Source: Eledone cirrhosa
Taxonomy: Eukaryota
Reading direction: 5' to 3'
Length of the DNA: 64,000 bases
NCBI GenBank assembly: GCA_964016885.1
Contig: OZ024754.1
Coordinates: 15,128,001 to 15,192,000, forward strand
The notes beneath the pieces were generated by a model. It had not been told where the DNA came from and did no database searches. It saw nothing but the letters and a program-made list of their open reading frames with translations. The position numbers and the translations under genes were made by a program. Shown here piece after piece: positions 44,976-60,138 of this stretch. Numbering within the stretch: the first letter of the stretch is position 1; every line of letters starts with the position of its first letter.

Positions 44976-45992
44976 GATCATATATACATATAATTACAAT
45001 GAACTTGTAACATCTCACTGACCCCCCCCCCCCCCCGTCACCACAATAACAATAACGCCTACACTCGCTCCCCACCATCACCACATTACTCTAAGGTCGC
45101 TGTCCTGTCCCCTGTTGACATACTGCTGACTCTCTTTTGATGTATGTATGTGTATGTGTGTGTATATGTATATCTCTGTGGATGCGACCAGATTTCAACA
45201 CAGCAACAACTACAACAACAACAGCAGCAACACCAACACCAACAACAACAACAACAGCAACAACACCATCGTCTGTGTTGAATGTGTGTGTGTGTATGTA
45301 TTTGTATATATGCGACAGCAATAACAGCATCAACACCATTGTCTGCAGCAACAGCAGCAGCGAAATGAAGGACAACAACAACAGCAACAACGACAACAAC
45401 TACAATAACAACTACAGCACCAACAACTGCCACCACCATCACTGACCATCCACCACCACCACGCTGATACCATCCACCACCACCACACTGACACCATCCA
45501 CCACCGCCATTACCAGCGTAAAGCAAACAATTATTATTGTTATTGTTATTATATACAAGCCGAACTGGACTGGGAAAGGTCAACAGTTGACATGATAGTG
45601 ATTTTGACGATTTTGATTTTGATTTTGATTTTGATTTTGTATCAGTACTGTCGGTAATATATGTATATATATATATGTTTGTGAGTGGTGTGTGTGATTG
45701 TATGCATGAATGAGTGTTGGTATGTGTGGTTGTGGTTTGTATGCATGAGTATTGGTGTGTGAGTCGTGTCAATAAGTTTTTTTTTTTTTTTTTAAATGAC
45801 CATGCTGTAAAATGGAGGGGTAGAGAGGGCCCTTGAGTCTAGTAAGACATCCTCTCTAGTGCTGGTGGCACAAATAAAAGCACCCAGTCCATGCTGTAAA
45901 GTGGCGCTGGTGTTAGGAAGGGCATCCAACCAGTGTATCAATGCCAAAAAGCTTATCAGCACAGCAACAAACAGCATATATATATATATATA

Positions 45993-46378
45993 TATTGGTA
46001 AACGGAATAGAAAATGCTGACAAATTGTTCACAGTTGAAAAATGGTTTAATTAGGAATAAAAGAGTATTAGTGATTGTATGGGTTAGTATTCAGTTGTGG
46101 TTTTAAGTTTTTAAGTTTTTACCGGTTGCGCATTTCTAAATGCTTTTCAAAAATAATTTTGAGATAGAGTGTCCGATCAGAGCAAACAGCACGGACACTC
46201 TATCTCAAAATTATTTTTGAAAAGCATTTAGAAATGCGCAACCGGTAAAAACTTAAAAACTTAAAACCACAACTGAATACTAACCCATACAATCACTAAT
46301 ACTCTTTTATTCCTAATTAAACCATTTTTCAACTGTGAACAATTTGTCAGCATTTTCTATTCCGTTTACCAATATATA
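45993..46378. repeat. ~190-bp-arm palindrome (fold-back element); related copy at 63537-63750
   Basis: ATTGGTAAACGGAATAGAAAATG...GAGATAGAGTGTCCG / CGGACACTCTATCTC...CATTTTCTATTCCGTTTACCAAT. Confidence 0.85.
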
Positions 46379-46407
46379 ATAACTTGTGTGTTACACCTCT
46401 ATTCTTT

Positions 46408-46508
<101 letters not shown>

Positions 46509-46540
46509 AGATCAAAAGATGGTTAAAGGAGTTCCATATA

Positions 46541-46607
46541 TTTTATTATGCGCATTTCAAAAACAAACATCATCAAGCAATAATATTTGTGTTTTCATCA
46601 GATAAAA
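46541..46607 (-). ncRNA. Type I hammerhead ribozyme (copy of 29537)
   Basis: Same core and stems, within the dispersed repeat 46500-46665 / 29497-29660. Confidence 0.7.
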
Positions 46608-46905
46608 TAGGAAGACATGATATGAAGGTTAAAAAACACTTGTGGATAGTGCAGTTGATATGTTGATATATATATACAAAAGGAATAGAATGAAACGAAA
46701 TTACATTTCTCACTCTTAGTACGGCACTTACTTAAATGTAAGCATGTATGTATGTAATTCGGGCTGTTTGTTTGTTTACAAACAAACAAACCGAGCATTA
46801 TAATAAATGTTCAGTAAACCGACACGTGCATATATATATATATGTGTGCATGTATGTATATATATACATACTACTGTACGTCTGTATACATATATGTATG
46901 TACGT

Positions 46906-47006
<101 letters not shown>

Positions 47007-47726
47007 AGAGATTACTTGTGGGCTGTATGCGTGTGTATTGATCGCTTTCTCCTCTTGGAATGTTTGGCTTATAAAATCTCTCCTAAATTTATTATAGCAA
47101 TGCTTTAAAATGACCTCAAGGTCAATATACATTTCAGAGCCAGATGAACCGAGGTAAATATTGAGATAACTTCCATGCATTCTACGCTTTCAGTGACAAA
47201 CTTCTAGAAATGAATTTATTCTACACAAAAGACAAATGTTTAAGACTTCTAAAACTGGAGGGAACGTTTCTACTTTAACTACTACCTCCCTCTTGCTGCT
47301 ATTATGGTCACTACGATAAACTATAGTTTCTAATACTAATACCCATTGTGCCCTAGCCTCTGACCCAAAACTATCTGTTGATTTTTAATAAATTGTGTTA
47401 GTTTACTGAAATTTACCATTGAACATTTGTTTTCTTATGAATCAGACTTTCTCAAGTCGGAAACCTTTAAATGAAAAGCACGTCTTTACATGCTTTTCCA
47501 CACACGTAAAGTTTGGCCTTTTAAATCAATCTTAAATCTGACACAATCATAACAAAACTTTGTCAATAAAGACTGAATAATTAGGGTCAGCTTCAGAAAT
47601 ATCTGCAAGAGAGAACTAATGAAACATATGTGCCTAAAATGACAGCATAGTTAGGATAATAAATATATGTATATATGAAAAAAGGGTGTAGGACAGAACA
47701 AAAGAGGAACACAAAGTAAGAAATCA

Positions 47727-47769
47727 GTCACTGAGGAGGTCATAGAATGTGTGACGAAAGAGCTTTGAC
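47727..47769 (+). ncRNA. Type I hammerhead ribozyme
   Basis: GTCA-CTGAGGA-gGTCAT...GTGAC-GAAA-GAGC-TT-TGAC. Confidence 0.72.
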
Positions 47770-47905
47770 ACTATATAAACAACCATCCGGTTATCGAACC
47801 AACCAACAAACCGGAAATTTATAATAAATTGAAGTGAAAACCGCGTGTGTTTTTATTGGCAGCATCACCCTCCCAAAGTATAACAATATATATATATACA
47901 TATAT

Positions 47906-48000
<95 letters not shown>

Positions 48001-48001
48001 C

Positions 48002-48077
<76 letters not shown>

Positions 48078-48114
48078 AGGATGATTGGTTCACCCTTCAT
48101 CCCGTTTATTGATT

Positions 48115-48199
48115 GGTGACGCGCGTTTCGCTATTGACCAGAGCATGGTTCGATCTGTATCGATCTGGCCGGACTCTGGAATCAGAAGCTCGTCAGACC
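48115..48199 (-). ncRNA. Type I hammerhead ribozyme with ~60-nt stem II domain
   Basis: Reverse complement GGT-CTGACGA-GCT...AGC-GAAA-CGCGCG-TC-ACC. A partly deleted copy lies at ~61548-61605 (+). Confidence 0.65.
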
Positions 48200-48549
48200 T
48201 CTGTTGTATATTACACCCTTGTCTAGCTCTAAACCTGGCTACTGGCGTGAACCTAAACATCGAGTGGTCACCTGGGTGAACTTACAGTAACTTCGTGTTA
48301 CACTCCATGGATATATATATATATATATTTCGTTTCTGAATTTGTTTAGCAAGATTCTTTATCTGAAATCGTGTGTTGAAACCGATATTGTTATGCTTTG
48401 GGAGGGTCATGTTGCCAATAAATGAACATAAAAACACACAGACACTCGGATGTGGCGCATGCGCAGACTGAGCACACAACACACACACAGAAACAAAATG
48501 GCGTAGGACAGAACAAAGGAGAGGCACAGAAACAAAGAAAGGAATCCCC

Positions 48550-48594
48550 AGTCACTGAAGAGGTCACAGAGTGTGTGACGAAAGAACTATGACT
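48550..48594 (+). ncRNA. Type I hammerhead ribozyme (family of 47727)
   Basis: AGTCA-CTGAAGA-gGTCAC...GTGAC-GAAA-GAAC-TA-TGACT. Confidence 0.72.
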
Positions 48595-48739
48595 ATATAT
48601 AAACAACTATCTGGTTGTGGAACCAACCGACCAGAAATTTATAAATTTATAAATTTTGTTATAAATTTATTATAATAAATTGAAGTGAAAGCAACTGGTG
48701 CGTGTGTTTCTTATTGGCAACATGACCCTCCCAAAGTAT

Positions 48740-48801
<62 letters not shown>

Positions 48802-48975
48802 TTTGTTTGACCTCCATCTCAGTTTGTTTGGCCTTTATAACCTATGTTTATTGTTCTGGTTTTTATTTAGTCCATGGAGAGCTTGCCAGCATGACTCGGA
48901 TATTGCATTTCGCTTTGTTTTCGACCACTGCTGAAATTCGATCACGCTGAAATTATATTTATATATATATATATA

Positions 48976-49023
<48 letters not shown>

Positions 49024-49411
49024 CCAGATGTTTATGCTCCTTTATTCGCACTCTATGTTCCATTTGTAACAATAAATTTCCGCCTAGGACCTACGGGGTC
49101 AATTATTCTGGAATGAATGACGTTTTGGAATGATTGATATTGCTGAGTTTATTATCTTTTCTCATTTGTAATCAGAAAACTAGAATATTTCTCGATATTA
49201 ACTCTGAAAAGGTGACGACCGTTTCTTAGATTTTAGCTTGTTATTGGTTATTTGCTACCTGTCCCTTTATTTTATTGACCTTGAAACGAATTAAATAACC
49301 TAAATTGTAATCGGCAGAATCGTGAACGAAAAACGTAAAGGTAAGATACAAAAGTATTATGACGCATGTAATTCTTAAATCTCTCTCTCTCACGCTCTCT
49401 CTCTTTCTCTT

Positions 49412-49489
<78 letters not shown>

Positions 49490-49492
49490 ATA

Positions 49493-49528
<36 letters not shown>

Positions 49529-49582
49529 ACTCTCACTAAGCGTGAACCTAATACCATTTATAACTTGTACTCCTGCGTTGTT

Positions 49583-49628
<46 letters not shown>

Positions 49629-51033
49629 AACAACGCAGGAGTACAAGTTATAAATGGTATTAGGTTCATTGGTTTTTGATGACTCTTCATTCTAGCTCTC
49701 ATAATCATTTGGCCACTGTACCATATCTATGTCTTCACTATTACACCTTGTTAGTATACATAAGATTACACACTTTACGCCACTTACGTTATTCTATTAT
49801 TATCTTTATATTTTTTTATTTTTATTATTATTAACTTTAATTTTAATTTTAATTTTATTTTTATTTTTAATTCTATTTTTATTTCTAAGTCTATTCTGAT
49901 TTATCTATCGACAACCCCCCCCCCTCTTTCTCCCCCCTCCCCACATGCACACATAAACTTATTGTCAACCCCTCCAGATTGAATATGATTATGATTATGC
50001 TCCGTTCTATTATTTATTATAGTATATCGAATATATTGTATGCCACTTCGCACCCTCCATATATTTAGTCAATTCTGTCCCCATTAGCCTACCTTAACTC
50101 TACTTAAGTCAGTTTTTTAGATATCGTTGCGTATATGATAGTATAATTTTATTCCTTTTTGTAAACATTTGTAACGATACATTAAAGTTTATAAACTTTA
50201 ATGACTTAAACTACAGCTAATATTATACTACCTTATTGGACGGGTTCTATATTTTTAATATTAATTTATCAAATAGGGTTTGGAGTCATTTAAAATGATT
50301 GCTTTCCTTGGTGTTTACCTAATTTCTTAAATGCACGCGAGGCCTAAATGTGTATACATTTGCTTTTGTTTTGTAATTTCCGGTTGATTGTATTTATTTG
50401 TTTTATTCTATATTCTATTTACTATTCACTGTCTGGCTTCGCTCACTCATCCACATATGTCTGTCTACTAACCTTGTAATTATAAGTATTTATATATGTT
50501 ATGCCAATTTTAAAATATATTATAACATTATGATATTTAAACTTTATATATCATGTAAGATGTCTGGATTTTTTTTAATATTGTAATATGTAACATTATG
50601 ATATTTAGACTTTACATATCATGTTTGATGTCTGTATATTTTTTTCTGTAACATCATATTTTTTTCTGTAACATCATAATTTTTCCCTGTATAGTTTTTT
50701 TTTAGTATTATATGAATCAATTTGTATATATTGTTTATGGTACATGTTAACATACTGTTAACATTTTATCATTGTATTTTATTGTGACATCTATATTGTT
50801 TCTGTAAATTAACCGGGGATGATCTATTCTATTTTATTATATTATATTGAATTATATAATTTTGTTGTTTATTATTTGTTATATGTGTTTCTTGTAATTA
50901 TATCATATTATTGCCTCATGTATATTGGGTAGATGTATTAGTATTATTTTCACTATTACCATGCTTATTTTTAATATTCAAACTTCTAATAGGGCTTAAT
51001 TTCTGTGTAGTCGAACATAGATATGTGTGTTGT

Positions 51034-51091
<58 letters not shown>

Positions 51092-51431
51092 CACATATAT
51101 ACATGTATATATTGTACCTTTTGATTTTTAATTTGGAATTTTAATGTTGGTAAAAGTATATTATTATTATAATGTATTATATTGTGTTATATATAATTCC
51201 TGCTCTATATAACCAAATTTGTTTAGATTTAGGTTGGTTGCTTTGGACTATATTTGTAATATGGTTCTTAATGTTATCTACATCCTTAGTTATTCTTATT
51301 ATATATTTTTATTATTTTTATCTTTATTTTCATTTTTATTATCGTATATCTTTGTAAGACATTAGTGTATGTAGACTCCATATTCTTCAGAGTTTCTGGC
51401 TTGTATCTGCCGATATCACCTCTTGTTGTTT

Positions 51432-51480
51432 TGATTGCCCTGATGAGTCCTTAATAGGACGAAACATTGTCGGCTAATAA
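51432..51480 (+). ncRNA. Canonical type I hammerhead ribozyme
   Basis: GCC-CTGATGA-GTCCT taat AGGAC-GAAA-CATTG-TC-GGC, with a GUC cleavage triplet. Confidence 0.85.
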
Positions 51481-51659
51481 AAACTTTTGATGTATTAAAG
51501 GATTCTTTGTTTTACTCTCTTAATTTTTTGGCTCTGTTTAACTGCATTGAGCTATACCTTTTACTGTCATTTCTATAATACGAAAAGGGTGTTTGACTCA
51601 AACACGCTCCAGTATTCTATCCTTATATATATATATATATATACATATATATATCGATA

Positions 51660-51769
51660 CCCGCTGATGAAGCCACATAGGCCGATTGTGCATTGTTGCA
51701 TAATATATGCAGACAGATGGTGCAGTGCACCTTACTGCTGCATTAGTGCGGAAGAAACTCGAGTTCGGG
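51660..51769 (+). ncRNA. Hammerhead-like motif with ~83-nt stem II domain
   Basis: CCCG-CTGATGA-(83 nt)-GAAA-CTCGAG-TT-CGGG. Confidence 0.55.
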
Positions 51770-52167
51770 AACCTTATAGGCACCCGTTTTATGTGTGTTG
51801 TGTTGAGGCAAATAACTATCTGTATACTCTGGTAATGTATCTTACATTGCCCATTGAGTGCGCTGAGATACAACCGGTACTGGCATTGATAAATATGCTG
51901 GGTCTGTCAACACTTATTATATATATATATAAGGTATGAATCGAAGTTGTAGCTGCCATATAGCAGGTAGTATTCGAGTTGTTTGAGGAAATCACAAACT
52001 ACTCGATAGAGCGGTTATGATAATACATTATCGTCCAAAGTAAACACAACAGTTAGAAAGTGTGACACCAAGAAAAACCATACAAGCCTGTGGCCATACA
52101 TATACCACACACACACACACAAATATGTTTATACATACATACATATATATATGTGTGTTTGTGTGTG

Positions 52168-52199
<32 letters not shown>

Positions 52200-52351
52200 A
52201 ATATACACGGGTGTGTATGGTTTTGTATAGAAGATTATATTAATAAAAGGAATTCCAACTTTGTCTGATTTACTCGTTTTTATAATCCTTTAAAATTATA
52301 ATGATATTATAATGAAATAGTACGGTAGAATATTAAATGTTAAGTGTTAAT

Positions 52352-52390
52352 TGAACAAGTACTTTCATGCTTTCGCAATCTTCAGGTTCA
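52352..52390 (-). ncRNA. PLE pseudo-LTR hammerhead ribozyme
   Basis: Reverse complement TGAAC-CTGAAGA-tTGC gaaa GCAt-GAAA-GTAC-TT-GTTCA. Confidence 0.75.
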
Positions 52391-52999
52391 TATCCAGTGG
52401 TGACAGACAAGTTTGCAATTTTCAACTGTAATGAAATGGGTAAAATCTGTGCCTTATATACAGTAAAAAGGGGCTACAGAATGCTAATTTTGCAAACTGT
52501 ATTTCGACCAATCGGTGTGTAGTTTCACTAGATTACTAAAGCTGATTGGTTTAGGCGTCATGGTTGGTTGAGCATGTCTAATGACTTCTATTTGACCCTA
52601 TCCAAAGCATCAATTATTTTGCCATTTTTAGAAATGATGAAAATAGCATTTTCTAGGGTTTTTATAAAAAAAACTTCAGTAATCATCAACATCAACATCA
52701 CTTTTATTATTATTATTATTGTTGTTGTTGTTGTTAGTGGTGGTAGTCGACATGGTCGTAGGCGTAGTCATAGTAGAAGTAATACCACTAAGCATTATTA
52801 TTGTTCATTTAGCTTGGGTTGGAATTTATCAATAAAATGCTTTTCTTTAATTTTTATCTTGATTTCACTTGGGCTGTTTTGTAGAATGGAAATATTATAA
52901 ATGTTTTTTTACCACATGTTGCTAGATGGTTACTCAGGGGTATCTGACGGATATTTGGGTCTCTGATTTGCTGTCGGTGCACCCGTGTACGTTCCGATA

Positions 53000-53960
53000 G
53001 TGCATTTCCAGTTTGACCGACATATAGTTCTTCACAATTCGGGAATTTAATGCAGTAAATTAGATTTCTGCCTTACCAGTTCATATTTGCATTTTGGAAT
53101 ATTTTTCCAGCTTTTGTGTTCATATATTGACCAGTATGTATGAACTGACATGTGCCACATCGATTATCATTGCATTTAGATACAGTGAATGATTGGTCTT
53201 CGTTGTTAAGGTCAAACTTTGCCTTTGTTAATAATTGCTTCAAATTTTTCGGCTGTCTTTTACTAAGAATCAAAGATCGGTCTGTGATTAAACCTTTTAA
53301 TTCATTACTTTGAGCAATGATCGGTAGGTTTTCTTTGGCAGTGTTGAAGATATTCTGGTGACATGGGTTGTGTGTCATTATAAATGGTATGACCACTTCT
53401 TGGTTTCTTCTTCCTTGGGTTGTCCTAAGTTGTTGTATAGGTATTTTTATAGCCCGCTGTATGCCATTTTCTATAAGTAGAGATGGGTATTTTTGTTTGA
53501 GCAAAAATTCTCTCAGTTCTGTTAGGCGTTTGTTCCTAGTATTCGTATCTTCTACAATGGTACAAATTCTTCTGGCTAGGCAGTATGGGACGTTGCGTTT
53601 TGTATGAGGTGGATGGCACGACTTAAAATTCAGATATTGATGGGTGTCTATGTGTTTATAGTATATATCCGTGGTAATGGTGGTGTCGTTTTTTATTACC
53701 ATTATATCTAGGAATGGTAATTTGGTACTACTCATCTCTTTTGTAAATTGGAGAGATGGGTGTAAGTGAATCAGGAGGATATTGAACTCATCCAGAGTAT
53801 CTAGAGATGCTGTCCAGATGATGAAACAGTCGTCAAGGTATCTATTCCAAGACTTTTCAATGTGCTTTCTAAATTCAGTGCTATATTTTTCCTCTATTTC
53901 TTGGTAGAGTTGTTGTTCTAAGTATCCCATTACAGAGTTCGCGTAAACCGGAGCAAACTT
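53000..53960 (-). pseudogene. PLE reverse transcriptase C-terminal half, Cys-rich linker and frameshifted GIY-YIG start
   Basis: Motifs RYLDDCF, LPFLDI, YYKHIDTHQYLNFKSCHP and CNDNRCGTC. Another frame reads IYCIKFPNCEELYVGQT. Confidence 0.88.
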
Positions 53961-54283
53961 AATAATAATAAAAATGATGTTGATGTTGATGATTACTGAA
54001 GTTTTTTTATAAAAACCCTAGAAAATGCTATTTTCATAATTTCTAAAAATGGCAAAATAATTGATGCTTTGGATAGGGTCAAATAGAAGTCATTAGACAT
54101 TCTCAACCAACCATGACGCCTAAACCAATCAGCTTTAGTAATCTAGTGAAACTACACATCGATTGGTCGAAATACAGTTTGCAAAATTAGCATTCTGTAG
54201 CCCCTTTTTACTGTATATAAGGCACATATTTTACCCATCTCATTACAGTTGAAAATTTTAAACTTATCTGTCACCACTGAATA

Positions 54284-54322
54284 TGACCCTGAAGATTGCG
54301 AAAGCATGAAAGTACTTGTTCA
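54284..54322 (+). ncRNA. PLE pseudo-LTR hammerhead ribozyme (inverted arm)
   Basis: TGACC-CTGAAGA-TTGCGAAAGCAT-GAAA-GTAC-TT-GTTCA, with one stem I mismatch. Confidence 0.65.
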
Positions 54323-54468
54323 ATTAACATTTAACATCTAATATTCTACCATACTATTTCATTATAATATCATTATAAATTTAAAGGATTGTAAATAAAA
54401 CGAGTAAATCAGACAAAGTTGGAATTCTATTTATTAATATAATCTTCTATACACAATCATACACACCC

Positions 54469-54517
<49 letters not shown>

Positions 54518-54615
54518 GGGGGGGGGGGGTTTCAACACATATATATATATATATATATATCTGTCTTCAAGAAACCACTGGTAAATGAAATAATTATCTT
54601 TGTTTATTACATAAC

Positions 54616-54690
<75 letters not shown>

Positions 54691-54969
54691 TATAAAGTAT
54701 GTCCATAAAATCATTTGATTATATATATACACCATTTCCTCTCCCAATTAGCATAATCAACCACACAAAAAAAATCAATTAAACCAGGCTATAAGATTAA
54801 AAGGCACCTATGAAGAAATAGTAGATAAATAAATGACACCAATTTATTCGCGATCAACCGCCATAGAATATTTACCCAACATTTCAATAGCACGTGGAAA
54901 TTGATTAAATATACCGTCAACCATACACAATTAGGTATAAAATTAAAGTTAGAAGAAAAATGCATATAC

Positions 54970-55001
<32 letters not shown>

Positions 55002-55109
55002 ATCTATAAACATATATGTGTGTGTGTGGTATATATATGGCCACTGCCTACTACCTGCTACCAGCTACAACTTCGATCCATACCTAATATCTATCTATAT
55101 ATATATATA

Positions 55110-55720
55110 AGAAATAGGATTTCGCTTCAAGCATAGCTTTATACAATATGTATAAATATTTCGTATCTCCAAAGAAATACAGTTTTAGGAAGCCATAGCT
55201 ATGCAAACACCGGGGGGCTAACGCCCTCTGGTGATGTCCAGCAGAAGCAAGGGGGACAACCGTCTATACATTTCAGGCTTAACTGGCCTTCGTCAGGACG
55301 GTCCCTCCCACCGCTTGCGACTGCTGGACTAGAAGACAACTGAGAATATATACTTTTCTCGTCTGTGAAAATGAGGTGATTAATCTCATTTGCATATGAA
55401 GCTGCATAAGTTGGCTCAACTTATAATAAAAAAGAAATAGGATTACGCTTCAAGCATAGCTTTATACAATATGTATAAATATTTCGTATCTCCAAAGAAA
55501 TACAGTTTTAGGAAGCCGTAGAGAAAAGTATATACTCTCAGCTGTCTTCTAGTCCAGCAGTCGCAAGCGGTGGGAGGGACCGTCCTAACGGCCAGTTAAG
55601 CCTGAAATGCATAGACGGTTGACCCCTTGCTTCTGCTGGACATCACCAGAGGGCGTTAGCCCTCCGGTGTTTGCATAGCTACGGCTTCCTAAAACTGTAT
55701 TTCTTTGGAGATACGAAATA
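55110..55720 (-). mobile_element. ~323-bp partial tandem HHR element with fold-back arm
   Basis: Direct repeat 55110-55196 / 55433-55519; inverted arm 55520-55720. Confidence 0.75.
55260..55301 (-). ncRNA. Type I hammerhead ribozyme
   Basis: Reverse complement CCGTC-CTGACGA-AGGC cagttaa GCCT-GAAA-TGTA-TA-GACGG. Confidence 0.8.
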
Positions 55721-55737
55721 TATATATATATATATAA

Positions 55738-55796
<59 letters not shown>

Positions 55797-55805
55797 TATA
55801 TATAC

Positions 55806-55844
<39 letters not shown>

Positions 55845-55857
55845 GATATATATATAG

Positions 55858-55896
<39 letters not shown>

Positions 55897-56259
55897 CATA
55901 TATATACACATATATATATATATACATATATATATATACATATATACATATACATATATATATACATATATACATATACATATATACATACGTACATACA
56001 TATATGTATACAGACGTACAGTAGTATGTATATATATATACATACTACTCTACGTCTATATACATATATGTATGTACGTATACATACATACTTACATTTA
56101 AGTAAGTGCCGTACTAAGAGTGAGAAATGAAATTTCGTATCATTCTATTCTATTCCATATATATATACATATATACAGATATACATATATATATATATAT
56201 ATACATATATATATACATATATATATACATATATATATACACATATATATATATATATT

Positions 56260-56567
56260 TGGATTTAATGCTCTGAAATAGCGATATATATGTGAAGACA
56301 AACATAGAATATTCGAAAATATTCTGTATGTTTATAATAAACATTTTGAAGACCCAATCGCTATAGAATAGAATACGTCACGTATTACAATTTGAGATTC
56401 TCGATAAAAGCAAGGGAAGTAATCTACGAGTTTCATTCTTGTTACTTCCCTTGCTTTTATCGAGAATCTCAAATTGTAATACGTGACGTATTCTATTCTA
56501 TAGCGATTGGGTCTTCAAAATGTTTATTATAAACATACAGAATATTTTCGAATATTCTATGTTTGTC

Positions 56568-56572
<5 letters not shown>
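56260..56572. repeat. Second, fold-back locus of the 310-bp family with a truncated HHR
   Basis: Slightly diverged match to the 32171 unit; the arms meet near 56443. Confidence 0.88.
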
Positions 56573-56620
<48 letters not shown>

Positions 56621-56624
56621 AAGA

Positions 56625-56861
<237 letters not shown>

Positions 56862-56876
56862 GTATATATATATGTA

Positions 56877-57404
<528 letters not shown>

Positions 57405-57409
57405 GAAAT

Positions 57410-57596
57410 ACGGTGGATTGGAAGTATCGGTAGAGGGTCGGGCGCCATGCTTTCCAGCATAGTTACGTCCCTTTACGATCTGAGTTCAAATGTCGCCGAG
57501 GTTGACTTTGCCTTTCATCCTTACGGGGTCGATAAAATAAAGTACCAGTAATGCACTGAGTAATTGCTGGCCTTGTGCCTAAAGTAGAAACAATTA
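57410..57596 (+). mobile_element. SINE family A
   Basis: A/B boxes and CORE-like domain. Confidence 0.8.
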
Positions 57597-57641
57597 TGAA
57601 ATACTGTGTGGTTCTTGCTCATAATAATTTCTATACTTTTC

Positions 57642-57679
<38 letters not shown>

Positions 57680-57755
57680 TGCACTTACCAATGAAACGGT
57701 CGTAAATACCTGGATAAAATCCTTCTCTTAATGCTTACCTGTGTTTTATCTTTTA

Positions 57756-57795
<40 letters not shown>

Positions 57796-58031
57796 AACAA
57801 CGCAGGACTACAAGTTACAAATGGTATTAGGTTCACGCTTAGTGAGAGTGGGATATATAGATGGCTGTCACCGAAATATATATAGCAGTAATAAACGAAG
57901 CTAAATTTTAAACATTTGACTTTTTATTTTACTTTATTTTACATTACTCTGGAGTAACCAAACCAACCTGCGCACTTCGTCGAGTGCTCCAGCCTGCATA
58001 CTGAGGTGTTGGTATACAACCAACATAAACT

Positions 58032-58099
<68 letters not shown>

Positions 58100-58454
58100 A
58101 TTTAAAATTACATGCGTCATAATACTTTTGTATCTTACTTTTACGTTTTTCGTTCACGATTCTGTCGATTACAATTTTGTTATTTAATTCGTTTCAGGGA
58201 CAATAAAATAAAGGGACAGGTAGCAAATAACCAATAACAAGCTAAAATCTAAGAAACGGTCGTCACCTTTTCAGAGTTAATATCGAGACATATTCTAGTT
58301 TTCTGATTACAAATGAGAAAAGATAATAAACTCAGCAATATCAATCATTCTAAAACGTCATTCATTCCAGAATAATTGACCCCGTAGGTCCTAGGCGGAA
58401 ATTTATTGTTCCAAATGGAACATAGAGTGCGAATAAAGGAGCATAAACATCCGG

Positions 58455-58534
<80 letters not shown>

Positions 58535-59093
58535 TATATATATATATAAATATAATTACAGCGTGATCGAATTTCGGCAGTGTTCTTAAACAAAGCGAAA
58601 TGCAATATCCGAGTTATGCTGGCAAGCTCTCCATGGACTAAATAAAAACCAGAACAATAAACATAGGTTATAAAGGCCAAACAAACTGAGATGGTGGTCA
58701 AGAAGCCATCAACCACCTAAGCCAAAAAAACGAGGCAAGGCAAAGAGGTCAAACAAAAGATATATATATATATATATTTATTAAAATAACAGATTAAAGT
58801 TTAAGCAAAGAATCGCTGCTTTCACCCTTAACGGGATCTTCTGAAACTAACAAAGTCAATCTGTAAACGCAGAACTGGATATTTCAAAAATCGTTGCAAC
58901 CGGAGGAAGACAGGAAGACGATACTTTGGTTCGTGGAAACGTTCGCTGGCAAAGAACGGGAAAAAACGAATAATACGTCATTAATAGGAGCGGTGAAAAA
59001 CAATTACGCGCAAAGACAGAACCACGTTTATGGTATAAAAGAGGTCGTAGACTAATGTTCTCTTAGGTGGTGCATAGAGACGTTCTCTGGCAA

Positions 59094-60138
59094 TCTATAT
59101 ATATAAAACTGTGGTTGTCTGTCTGTCTATCGATTTTTGGCACACATCTCCTCTTAGAATCTCTCACGGAATTGCACCGAAATTGCTATACTTGTACATT
59201 GAGCCCTAGCGAAGACATCGGAAAAAAAATAATTTCAAATTGACCCGCCCTATCTGACGAAATCGAATATAATGTATCGATTTTTGAGCGTAAGTGATCA
59301 GTTATTTCCCTTTGTTCTGTTTACATTGAGCGTCTGCGTGCAAAAATTAAAAAAATTACGCTGGCTTTCTCAGCGTTTAAAATGACATTAACACACTGCA
59401 AAATTCATCAGTTCGAATACTATGCTTCCGTTTTGCTTCATTTCCATTTAAAAGCCTTTTAAAACAATATTTTTACTTGAAAACAAGTCTATTTAAAGAC
59501 TACGTAAAACAAGCAAATATTTCGTAAAAAAAAGCAAAAATTATATAAGTTTATTTAAAATATATGTATCTGTAAATTTCGTTAGGCGTGCAGACAGACT
59601 TTAAGCCAAAAAAGAAACTTAACATTGTAACTTTAACACAGCTACTGAGCGACCCCGAGCAACGCCGGGCTGTATCTGTAAATTTCGTTAGGCGTGCAGA
59701 CAGACAGTCGTGCAGACAGATAGTCGTGCAGAGAGGTGATATACGCGTGCAGACAGATAGTCGTGCAGAGAGGTGATATAGGCGTGCAGACAGACAGTCG
59801 TGCAGAGAGGTGATATAGGCGTGCAGACAGACATAACTGATAATTTGGTTACGCTAATGTTTTTCTCTGCGTTGCAGTGTTTACATTTTCGATATTTGTT
59901 AATAAATAACCAGTGCAGTTTCTATCCCCAGCATCCACTTTTGTTATAACATTCGGGTTATCGTTATGTTTTCTTAACTTCATAAGGCATATTGTTGGTT
60001 GAGGGAATATTAATCAAAAACACCACATGCAAGTCTGCACAGTAGACACTACAGTTTTTAAGCCAAGAAAGAAACTTAACATTGTAACTTTAACACAGCT
60101 ACTGAGCGACCCCGAGCAACGCCGGGCTTTACTGCTAG
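59094..60138 (+). mobile_element. Non-autonomous Helitron
   Basis: It starts TCTATATATATAAAA and ends with the hairpin CCCGAGCAACGCCGGG plus CTAG. It sits between A and T with no TSD, and removing it restores a host repeat matching ~58940-58970. Confidence 0.82.

Larger units (their letters stand above)
52205..54475 (-). mobile_element. 5'-truncated Penelope-like element with inverted pseudo-LTR
   Basis: A ~500-bp inverted repeat (52205-52720 / 53965-54475) flanks an RT/GIY-YIG remnant, with one HHR in each arm. Confidence 0.88.
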
